A DNA stretch of 58,145 nucleotides from Gemmatimonadota bacterium (GTDB lineage Bacteria > Gemmatimonadota > Gemmatimonadetes > Gemmatimonadales > Gemmatimonadaceae): the NCBI GenBank assembly GCA_021298835.1, contig JAJTHG010000029.1, forward strand, positions 1 through 58,145. Reading direction: 5' to 3'. Shown here in pieces: positions 51,144-58,145 of this stretch. A program made the position numbers and the translations under genes. How positions within the stretch are numbered: the stretch's first letter is position 1; the number at the start of each line of letters is the position of its first letter. The notes below the pieces were generated by a model. The model had not been told where the DNA came from, ran no database searches, and saw only the letters and a program-made list of their open reading frames with translations.

Positions 51144-53026
51144 CGCGGGTCGGGGCCGGCGATCGCCGGCCGGTCGCGCCGCTGGCTCACGGCCCACATG
51201 ACGTCGAACACGAAGCGCCCCAGTCGCGCGGCGTGCTCGTAGTCCACGTAGCGCGGCTCGTCGGTCACCTGGTGGTAGTCCTGCGCGTAGCCGAGCGAGA
51301 GGTACACCGTCGGCAGGTCCTTGCGGACGTAGGCGACCTGGTCGCTCCGGCAGAAGCGGTTGAGCGGGTTCTCGGGAACGTCCCACGAGCGGTCGATCGC
51401 CATCGGCTGCGGGCTGACGGCGTTGACGCTGTCGATGATGTCGCCGAACTCGCGCGACAGGCGGCGCGACCCGAGCGACTGGACCGAGTTCGGGCCGCCG
51501 AACCGCACCTGCTCGACGCGGCCCTTCCCGACCATGTCCATGTTGATCACCGAGACGACCTTGTCGAGCGGCAGCGTGGGATGGTCCACGAACCAGCGCG
51601 ACCCCAGCAGCCCCGATTCCTCGCCCTGGTGGGACATGAAGACGATCGAGCGCGCAGGCCGCGCCTTCGCGAACCGCTCCGCCACCTCGAGCATCACCAC
51701 CGTCCCCGACCCGTCGTCGTCCGCGCCGTTGAAGATCGAGTCGCGGCGCGCCGGTCGCTGCCGCCGCGCATGGGCCAGGAGCGAGTCGATGCGCCCCTGC
51801 TGTTCCGCCGTGGGCCGGCAGACGGGGTCGTTCGCCCCCTGCCGCCGCGTGACGGTGTTGACGGCCCGCAGCGAGTCGTGGTCCACCGGCGCACCGTTGA
51901 AGCCCACGTGATCGTTGTGCGCCCCGACGAGCACGTACTCGGCGGCCCGAGCCGGGTCGCTGCCCCGGAGCACGGCGATCACGTTGCGCACCGGCTCGAC
52001 GGCGGGAGTCCACGCCCAGGTCCACGAGGCGCCGATCGCCTGTCCCTCGGTGCCGACGGCGAGTCCCTCGACGGGCCGCCCGAAGATGGTCGTCGCGGCC
52101 ACGGCCGAGATGGCGGCCGACGGCACGGCGTTCGACGGCGCCGACGGCGCCGTCGGCGCCGTCGGCTGCATGGCGGGCCGCGGGGCGAAGGCCGCCGCGC
52201 GGGCGGCTGCGGGGACGGAATCGAGGCCCACGACGAGGATGCCCGCGACGCCCGCGTCGGCAGCGCGCCGATCACGCGGGCTCGGTGCCGTCGCGGGACG
52301 CGAGGCGCGCAGCGCGGCCTGCTCGGCCTCCCACTTGAGCACGGCCGCCGCGCCGAAGCGATCGGGCACCGAGTCGCAGCGCAGCAGCACCGGGGCGCGC
52401 TGCGGACCGGCGGCCGGCGCGCCCGGCGCCCAGAGGAACACGGCCACCTTGCCGCGGAACCGTGCCGCGTCGAGGGTGACGGTCGTGTCGCCCCAGCGCC
52501 CCGCGAAGACGGCCGGTACGCCGACCAGGTTGGCGGCGGCCGAGGCCCCCGCCGCGACACTCGGCAGCGTGGGAATCCAGTCGCTGCCGCCGACGAGCCG
52601 TCGTCCGCCGACCGTCAGCGACGCGCTGCTCTCCGCGATCTGGAGCGCGCCGAAGGGGAGGGGTTGGAAGTACGTGCCGCCCTCGCCCGCCGGCTCGAAG
52701 CCGAGCCGCCGGAACTCGGCGGCGATGTAGTCGGTGGTCTTGCGGTTGCCGGCGGAGGCGATCGCGCGCCCGCGCATCGAGTCGTCGGCGATCTGGTAGA
52801 GCCGGGTGCGCAGGTCGTTGGGGGTGATGTCGGAGACGGTCGGCCTCGCGGGCCAGGTGGCCGGGCCTTCGTCGGGCCATGCGGGACGTTCGGCCTGCCG
52901 CCGGGACTGCGCGGTGGCATCGACGGCGGTGACGAGGACGAGGACGATGGCGCGGGCTTTGGCGCGGGCGAGGGAGCGAGCGATGGCGCGAGCGATGGCG
53001 CGGGCGAGGGCTGGCGATCGTGGCAT
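51128..53026 (-). CDS. M28 family zinc peptidase with PA domain (secreted).
   Basis: Ala-rich signal peptide MPRSPALARAIARAIARSLARAKARAIVLVLVTAV. ...YVLVGAHNDHVG..., ...NGADDDGSGTVVMLEVAERF..., ...HQGEESGLLGSRWFV..., ...YHQVTDE... are M28 metal-ligand motifs. ATG at 53024-53026. Confidence 0.8.
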   Translation of the reverse strand: MPRSPALARAIARAIARSLARAKARAIVLVLVTAVDATAQSRRQAERPAWPDEGPATWPARPTVSDITPNDLRTRLYQIADDSMRGRAIASAGNRKTTDYIAAEFRRLGFEPAGEGGTYFQPLPFGALQIAESSASLTVGGRRLVGGSDWIPTLPSVAAGASAAANLVGVPAVFAGRWGDTTVTLDAARFRGKVAVFLWAPGAPAAGPQRAPVLLRCDSVPDRFGAAAVLKWEAEQAALRASRPATAPSPRDRRAADAGVAGILVVGLDSVPAAARAAAFAPRPAMQPTAPTAPSAPSNAVPSAAISAVAATTIFGRPVEGLAVGTEGQAIGASWTWAWTPAVEPVRNVIAVLRGSDPARAAEYVLVGAHNDHVGFNGAPVDHDSLRAVNTVTRRQGANDPVCRPTAEQQGRIDSLLAHARRQRPARRDSIFNGADDDGSGTVVMLEVAERFAKARPARSIVFMSHQGEESGLLGSRWFVDHPTLPLDKVVSVINMDMVGKGRVEQVRFGGPNSVQSLGSRRLSREFGDIIDSVNAVSPQPMAIDRSWDVPENPLNRFCRSDQVAYVRKDLPTVYLSLGYAQDYHQVTDEPRYVDYEHAARLGRFVFDVMWAVSQRRDRPAIAGPDPRYPRC

Positions 53027-53133
53027 CGGAGTCGGGAGAACGCGGCGGGGCGTGCCCCGTTCGGGACACGCCCCGCACAATCTCGGTGCCGATGGCGACG
53101 CTGCCTAGGGCAGCACGGTGCCGTGGCGCGACG

Positions 53134-53748
53134 TCAGGGGGCACCGTCGCTCGGCGGCTGCCGGCGCGGGCCGATGACGCCGTCGGGCGGCGGCGTCTGG
53201 CGTGGGGCGCGACCCCCCCACGCGCCGGCTCCGCGACCCGGCCCGCGCCCGGGGCCCAAGGCCCGACCGCTGCCGCGCATGCTGCCGCGCATGCCGTCGC
53301 GCATGCCACCACGCATCCCACCACGCATACGGCGGTTCGCCCGGAAGGCATCGGCCTTCGCGCGCTGATCGGCGGTGAGGATCGTCCGCGCCTCTTGCCG
53401 CGCCTTGAGCGTCGCGAGGGCGCGGTCCATGCGCAGCTGGTGCATACGCTCCATCGCCTTGCGGAGCATGGCCGCGTCGCCTTCGCCCTTCATGGCGTCG
53501 AGGAGGTCGGCGCGAGCGCGAAGCATGTCGCCGGGATTCCCGGGCATGGCGCGGGCCTGCGACGCGGCGAGGGCTTCTAGCCGGGTCACCTGCTCCGCGG
53601 TGAGCCCAAGGGGACCGCGGGCGGCGAGCAGCGCGGCCGCCGGACCGCGGCCGATCGGCGGCGCAGCGGCATCCGGCCCCTGCGCGACCGTGGGCGCGGG
53701 AACGAGCCAGAACGACAGGACGACAGAGGTGATGACGAGCCGACGCAT
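53134..53748 (-). CDS. Periplasmic Spy/CpxP-family (LTXXQ-motif) protein with a Met/Arg/Gly-rich C-terminal tail.
   Basis: Signal peptide MRRLVITSVVLSFWLVPAPTVAQG. Two LTxxQ motifs (LGLTAEQVTRLEAL, LTADQRAKADAF). C-terminal RRMRGGMRGGMRDGMRGSMRGSGRALGPGRGPGRGAG is encoded by repetitive cgcatgcc DNA. Confidence 0.6.
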   Translation of the reverse strand: MRRLVITSVVLSFWLVPAPTVAQGPDAAAPPIGRGPAAALLAARGPLGLTAEQVTRLEALAASQARAMPGNPGDMLRARADLLDAMKGEGDAAMLRKAMERMHQLRMDRALATLKARQEARTILTADQRAKADAFRANRRMRGGMRGGMRDGMRGSMRGSGRALGPGRGPGRGAGAWGGRAPRQTPPPDGVIGPRRQPPSDGAP

Positions 53749-53859
53749 GAGCGGGACCTCGGAAGGCGTGACAGGCGTGCCCTCGGCACGCGGGAGCGGC
53801 GTGGGACCTGCTCCGTGGAAGGTGAGACGGCGCCGCACCCTCGTCGTTAACGTGCAGGC

Positions 53860-54030
53860 ATGCCGTCCATCGCCTTCCTCGGGACCGGGCTCCTCGGCGG
53901 GGCCTTCGTCGAGGCCGCGCTCGGGCGCGGCGAAACCGTCACCGTCTGGAACCGCACGGCGGCCAAGGCCGTGCCGCTGGCGAGCCGCGGGGCTCGCGTC
54001 GCCGCCACGCCTGCCGACGCCGTCCGCGGT
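53860..54030 (+). pseudogene. N-terminal fragment of an NAD(P)-dependent oxidoreductase (3-hydroxyisobutyrate/6-phosphogluconate dehydrogenase-like), truncated by IS insertion.
   Basis: MPSIAFLGTGLLGGAFVEAALGRGETVTVWNRTAAKAVPLASRGARVAATPADAV is a classic Rossmann N-terminus. The reading frame then degenerates (~54030) into IS-derived sequence, and no C-terminal part lies downstream. Confidence 0.5.
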
Positions 54031-54039
54031 GAATCACCC

Positions 54040-55100
54040 CGGGTTTTTCGGAGACTCGGGTTTCCCTTGGGCCAAGGTTCACCTGACATCACGCCGCGTC
54101 TTGCACGCGCGGATGATGGAAGAATCGCTTGACGCTCTCGGGGCGGCGCTGCAGTGACCGCAGTCGGCGGGTGGCGGTCTTCTCCAACTCGGCGCGATCA
54201 CGGGCCGGCGCGCGCCGCGCGACCTGCACCTTTGGGGTCCCCGTCCAGTTACTCGTCGGGGTTGAGCTCCGGCGCACATGGTGGCAGGTAGTGAATCGCG
54301 ATCAGGTCCGCGTGTTCGGCCATTCAGGCGCGCACGGCCTTCGCCATGTGCACGTTGAGATTGTCGAGGAGCAGCACGACCTTGCACCCCGCGTCCGTGC
54401 GCAGGCGCCTGAGGAACGTGATCCGCGTGGGCGCATCGACGGCCTTCGTGAGCACCATGAAGCGGAGGAGGCCGCTGTTGCTGATCGCGGAGAGGTAGCT
54501 GACCGATTTCCGCTGCGACAGGATCGGACGCACGGGTGTCTTTCCGTTCGGCGCGACGCCGCGGCCGCGCCGATCCGGATGATCTCCTCGCCCGCGCCCG
54601 GATCGAGCCCGGTGGTCTCGGTGTCGAACACCGTGCAGGTGAGCCCGGCGAGCGCGCGCACGCCGAGCCCGCCGGCGGCGCCGACGCGCCGGCCAGCGGC
54701 AGCAGGAAGTGGAAGACGGCGCGATGCGCGGTGCGCTCGCCCGGCGGTACGAGCCGCAGCTGCAGCCGCATCGTGCCCCAGCCCTGCTCCAGGCGCAGCG
54801 ACAGGTGCACCTGGGCCTGGAGCAGCGAGAAGCTCTCCACCTTCAGCTACAGCGCGGGGTCAACCTCCGACAGCCGCACCCGGCTCGCGCAGACGGCCTC
54901 GTGGATGCGCGCGGCAAGCGCCCCGATCTCCTCGCGCACCACGGCCAGCAGGCGCTCGCGCGCGGGCGCGTCGAGGGCGGGGTCGTCGAGCAGATCGACG
55001 GCAGCCTGGATGCTGCCCACCGCGCTGCGGCTGCCCTCGGTCAGGCGGTGCAGAAGCCGGTCTCGCTCGCCGTCGTCGGCGAGCTCGCGGGTGATGTTGT
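54040..55100 (-). mobile_element. Degenerate IS630-family transposase pseudogene (multiple frameshifts).
   Basis: Minus-strand fragments in three frames: TVFDTETTGLDP... (first-Asp region), ...APNGKTPVRPILSQRKSVSYLSAISNSGLLRFMVL...KVVLLLDNLNVHMAKAVRAWLAEHADLIAIHYLPPCAPELNPDE (D...E region), and the C-terminal tail ...RDRAELEKTATRRLRSLQRRPESVKRFFHHPRVQDAA. The ~1.06-kb span is of IS630 size. Confidence 0.55.
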
Positions 55101-55103
55101 CGG

Positions 55104-55484
55104 CTAGTTCTCGCGTGGGTCGCCCCGCGTCCGGTCGAGATCCCTGGCAGGTTCGGCATCGCGCTCGGCGTCGCGGATGCCCCAAAGGGCCATGGCCTCG
55201 AGCACGGGGCGCAAGGTCTCCCCATAGGTGGTCAGGGCGTACTCCACGCGCGGCGGGACCTCTGCGTAAATGGTGCGTCGTACGACGCCCTGCGCCTCGA
55301 GGGTCCGCAGGCGTCCGGTGAGAGTCTTGGGACTGACGCCCTCGAGCGACCGCAACAGTTCGCCGAACCGCCGAGCGCCGCCAAGCAGGTCGCGCAGGAG
55401 GAGCGCGGTCCATTTGGAGTCGAGGACCCGCAGCGTTCTCTCGATGGGGCAGAAGGGAAGGCGGAGTAGTTCTTCCTGGTTCAT
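55104..55484 (-). CDS. HxlR-family (DUF24) winged-helix transcriptional regulator.
   Basis: MNQEELLRLPFCPIERTLRVLDSKWTALLLRDLLGGARRFGELLRSLEGVSPKTLTGRLRTLEAQGVVRRTIY...VEYALTTYGETLRPVL is the canonical HxlR domain. ATG at 55482-55484. Confidence 0.8.
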   Translation of the reverse strand: MNQEELLRLPFCPIERTLRVLDSKWTALLLRDLLGGARRFGELLRSLEGVSPKTLTGRLRTLEAQGVVRRTIYAEVPPRVEYALTTYGETLRPVLEAMALWGIRDAERDAEPARDLDRTRGDPREN

Positions 55485-55496
55485 GTGTTTCTTATT

Positions 55497-55529
55497 GGAA
55501 AGTAGCTTCACAAACGGTAACTACTTTCC
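55497..55529. promoter_or_regulatory. Perfect 9-bp inverted repeat GGAAAGTAG-N15-CTACTTTCC in the hxlR/NmrA-like divergent intergenic region (candidate HxlR operator).
   Basis: Read directly from the sequence: ttggaaagtagcttcacaaacggtaactactttccaca in an AT-richer 70-bp intergenic segment. Confidence 0.5.
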
Positions 55530-55618
55530 ACAGTAAAGCAATGGAGTTAGCCTGGGTCTCAGATGGCTACGGGCAGGCTAGTCGCCCGGCCCGACAATCT
55601 GAGCGAGGGGGTACCGAG

Positions 55619-56314
55619 ATGGCGGATCGCATCCTGTTGTACGGCGGTGCGCGGGGAACCGGCGCACTGTTGGCGCAGCGGCTGGTGGCACGGGGGCTCT
55701 TCGTGCGGGCGGTGGTGCGCGACGCGGCCGGGCGAGCGAAGCCGCCGCAGGGGCTCGAGGTGATCGCCGGAGACCTGACGCGGCCCGAGACGTTGCGGGG
55801 GGCGGCGACGGGGATGGATCAGTTGGTCATGATGGCCGGGGTGACCCAGCGTCCGGCCAGCGAGCGCGTGATCAAGGCGGTGGAGTACGAGGGGGTTCGG
55901 GCGGCTCTTGCCGCAGCGCACGCGGACGGGTTCCGCGGTCGTGTCCTTTACATGACGGCGCTCGGGGTGAACCGGCCGTCCTTCATGGGATGGGTGTTGA
56001 ACCGGATCAAGGGCAACACGCTGGTCTGGCGACGCAAGGCGGAGGAGGCGATACGCGCGAGCGGATTCCCGTACGTGATCGTTCGGGCGGGAATGCTGAC
56101 GGACTCGCCGTCCGGGCGTCGGCCGGCGGTGCTTTCGACCGGGGACAAGCCGCTGTCGCTCGGCACGCGGGTCTCGCGCGGCGACGTGGCGGAGCTCTTC
56201 GTCCACTTGGTCGAGTCAAGGCGCGGGGGGCGGACAGTGCTCGAGGTGGTGGAGGGGCCCGGACATGGCGGGACCGACTGGGGTCGAGCGCTCGATCAGG
56301 CCGGGGTAATCTAG
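55619..56314 (+). CDS. NAD(P)H-binding NmrA-like / atypical SDR oxidoreductase.
   Basis: MADRILLYGGARGTGALLAQRLVARGLFVRAVVRD... has a GxxGxxG Rossmann motif. ...LVMMAG..., no catalytic YxxxK in the typical position. Strong SD gagggggtaccgagATG. Divergent from hxlR, the usual HxlR-NmrA pairing. Confidence 0.8.
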   Translation: MADRILLYGGARGTGALLAQRLVARGLFVRAVVRDAAGRAKPPQGLEVIAGDLTRPETLRGAATGMDQLVMMAGVTQRPASERVIKAVEYEGVRAALAAAHADGFRGRVLYMTALGVNRPSFMGWVLNRIKGNTLVWRRKAEEAIRASGFPYVIVRAGMLTDSPSGRRPAVLSTGDKPLSLGTRVSRGDVAELFVHLVESRRGGRTVLEVVEGPGHGGTDWGRALDQAGVI

Positions 56315-56473
56315 ATCGGCTCGCTCAGCCAACTCGCCCACATGGCTGAACGGGCCGCTGATCCGGGCCGTTGAGACCGGCTTCGAGGGGCTGCGGAGCA
56401 CCAGCCTGCACGCCAGCGGGATCAGCCTTCGCAATGCCCGGCGGCAGCGCGCGAAGCTGCCTCCGGCCTGGGG

Positions 56474-57290
56474 TCAGGCCGGCATGAGACGTCGCAGCCT
56501 CACCAGGTTGTACGCCGCGCAGGCGAAGGCGACGATCCCGTCGACCAGCGCGGTGCCACGATGCTGCACCTTTTGCAGCCCGGCCACGGTTGTCGGCCAT
56601 CCGAACACGTCCTCGATCTTCCTGCGGGCGCGCTGACTGATGGCGTAGCCCGCATGGCGGGTGGTGCGCCCGTCCACCGCGCGGCCCTTGGCCTTCTCCG
56701 CGACATGCGGGGTGCAGCCGGCGGCGCGCGCCCCCTCCACGAAGTCGCGCGTATCGTAGCCCTTGTCGGCGCCCACGGTCGCCCGCGGCGCACTGCCCGC
56801 GAGGCCCCGCAGCAGGCGGAGCGCGTCGTCCACTTCGGCGCGACCGTTCGGACTGCTCACCACGGTGTTCACGATCAGGCCGTGGCGGTTGTCAACGAGC
56901 ACGCTGGCCTGATACGCCGGCAGTGACGCCGTGTTGACCGACTTGCGGGCCATGCGCGCGTCCGGATCCGTGACGGAGCCATGCGTCGCGATCGACCGCT
57001 TCGGCCCGTGAACGCTCACACCGTCATTGCCCGGATCGACCGGCCGATCCGCATCGTCGTCCGTCGGCCGGACGTTCTGACTGGCCCCCGCTTCGCGCAG
57101 CGTGCCATCAACGGAGAAGTGCTCCCGCGAGAGCAGGCGCGCCTGCGCCGCCGTCGCGACCGTGCGGGCGAGGAACCGGGCCGCGATATCCCCGTCGAGC
57201 AGGCGCTGCCGATTCTTGAGGAGCTGCAGCAGCAGGGCGCGCAGCAACTGCTCCGGCGGGATCGACGGCCGCCCCGTCTGGGCTTACAGC
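56474..57290 (-). mobile_element. IS5-family (IS427/IS1031-like group) transposase, 5'-truncated by insertion of the downstream IS630 element.
   Basis: The reading frame opens with ...AQTGRPSIPPEQLLRALLLQLLKNRQRLL..., which is the conserved IS5-group N-terminal motif but missing its first residues and Met. The DDE region has ...GADKGYDTRDFVEGARAAGCTPHV... and C-terminal GWPTTVAGLQKVQHRGTALVDGIVAFACAAYNLVRLRRL. The track gives a TTG-start ORF 56474..57247. Confidence 0.65.
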
Positions 57291-57292
57291 GC

Positions 57293-58145
57293 CTAGTGGG
57301 TCGTAGTTGCGTTACGTGTAGCAGGCATGCGACGGGTGACGTCACGGTACCGCCACACAAAGGGCTGGCAGGTTTTGTTGTGGAGCGTGATGTAGCGCAG
57401 CAGCTTGCGCGTGAGATCGGTGGTCGAGGTGAAGATGCCACGCGCGATGCAGTCGCGTTCGATCCGGGCAAACCAACTCTCGACCTGGTTGAGCCAGCTG
57501 CTGTTGGTCGGGGTGTCGTGCATGGTCACGCGCGGGTGCGCGGCGAGCCAGGCTTTCACCGCCTGGGTCTTATGCGCCGAGAGATGGTCGACGACGAAGT
57601 GGACCGCCTTCCCGCGCGGCGCCGAACGGGTCACCGTGTCGAGGAAGTCCACAAACTCGGCGCTGGTGTGGCGTGCGGCCACCTGGCCCTGCACGTGCCC
57701 GGTGGCGACGTCGAGCGCGGCGTACAACGCGCGCGTCCCATGGCGCACGTACTCGAAGCCGTGGGTCTCAGCACGGCCGGGCCGCAGCGGCAACACGGGA
57801 TCGGTGCGGTCCAGCGCCTGAATCGCCGTCTGCTCATCGACGCAGAACACGACCGCATTGACCGGCGGGTCGATGTAGAGTCTGATGACATCTGCGGCCT
57901 TCGTCTCGAAGTCGGGATCGGGGCTGCCCTTGTAGCGCTCCAGGCGATGCGGCTTGAGGCCGTGCCGCTTCCACACCGTGGTGACGGTCGTATGCGCGAC
58001 GTCGAGCTTCGCGGCCAGACGCCGACTCGACCAGTGCGTGAGGGGCGCGGGCGGCTTCGTCTGCAGGGTGAGGCGGACGATCTTCGCCTCCAGCGCGGCC
58101 GTGATGCCATGGCCCCGTCCCGCTCGCGGGGCATCCGCGAGGGCC
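57293..58145 (-). mobile_element. IS630-family transposase (DDE), N-terminus beyond window end.
   Basis: Minus-strand translation is continuous from the window edge: ...LTHWSSRRLAAKLDVAHTTVTTVWKRHGLKPHRLERYKGSPDPDFETKAADVIRLYIDPPVNAVVFCVDEQTAIQALDR...AVHFVVDHLSAHKTQAVKAWLAAHPRVTMHDTPTNSSWLNQVESWFARIERDC... has IS630 D, D, E motifs. Stop at 57293-57295. Confidence 0.8.

Noticed and set aside
54302-54661. FDTETTGLDPGAGEEIIRIGA, resembling the Exo I motif of DnaQ-like 3'-5' exonucleases.
   Set aside because: Flanking frames encode IS630-transposase segments (APNGK...VVLLLDNLNVHMAKAV...LPPCAPELNPDE, ...VKRFFHHPRVQDAA). The motif coincides with the IS630 VF-x-DE-x-G first-Asp region, and there are no Exo II/III motifs.

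Overview
This is a high-GC (well above 65% by eye) chromosomal segment from a diderm bacterium. Dense shadow ORFs on both strands are typical of that GC content, and I rejected the long Arg/Gly/Pro-rich alternate-frame ORFs. The window has three parts.

(1) About 1-32.5 kb is one minus-strand array encoding very large Sec-signal-bearing proteins. It contains a partial >1,770-aa Big_2/RCC1-repeat protein that runs off the window start, an outer-membrane beta-barrel protein, a TPR-like protein, a ~670-aa FN3-repeat protein, and a ~6,800-aa protein built from 5-6 tandem ~750-aa modules of unrecognised family. Every junction in this array is a 4-5-nt stop/start overlap (ATGA, ATGA, GTGA, TGATG). 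A flotillin/NfeD pair sits directly upstream. This is the candidate undescribed system.

(2) About 32.6-53.8 kb is a housekeeping and metabolic block. It contains tRNA-Arg(CCG), two divergent GT4 glycosyltransferases, rho with a C-rich rut-like leader, ruvX, mltG, aroH, thiE, an RlmI-like methyltransferase and mutM. It also contains an SDR-tdh-threonine dehydratase-kbl threonine catabolism cluster, a DUF3179-like membrane protein, malQ plus an MFS sugar symporter, an M28 peptidase, and a Spy/CpxP-like periplasmic protein with a Met/Arg/Gly-rich tail. An intergenic pocket at 41.9-42.9 kb holds a 29-aa Lys/Ala-rich micro-ORF encoded by 15-bp tandem repeats, a candidate 53-aa ORF, stable hairpins and an AT-rich promoter island.

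(3) About 53.9-58.1 kb is an IS-decay zone. It contains a truncated oxidoreductase, a frameshifted IS630-family remnant, an hxlR/NmrA-like redox pair with a perfect operator-like palindrome, and an IS5-family transposase truncated by insertion of an IS630-family element that runs off the window end.

No rRNA and no CRISPR array were seen.
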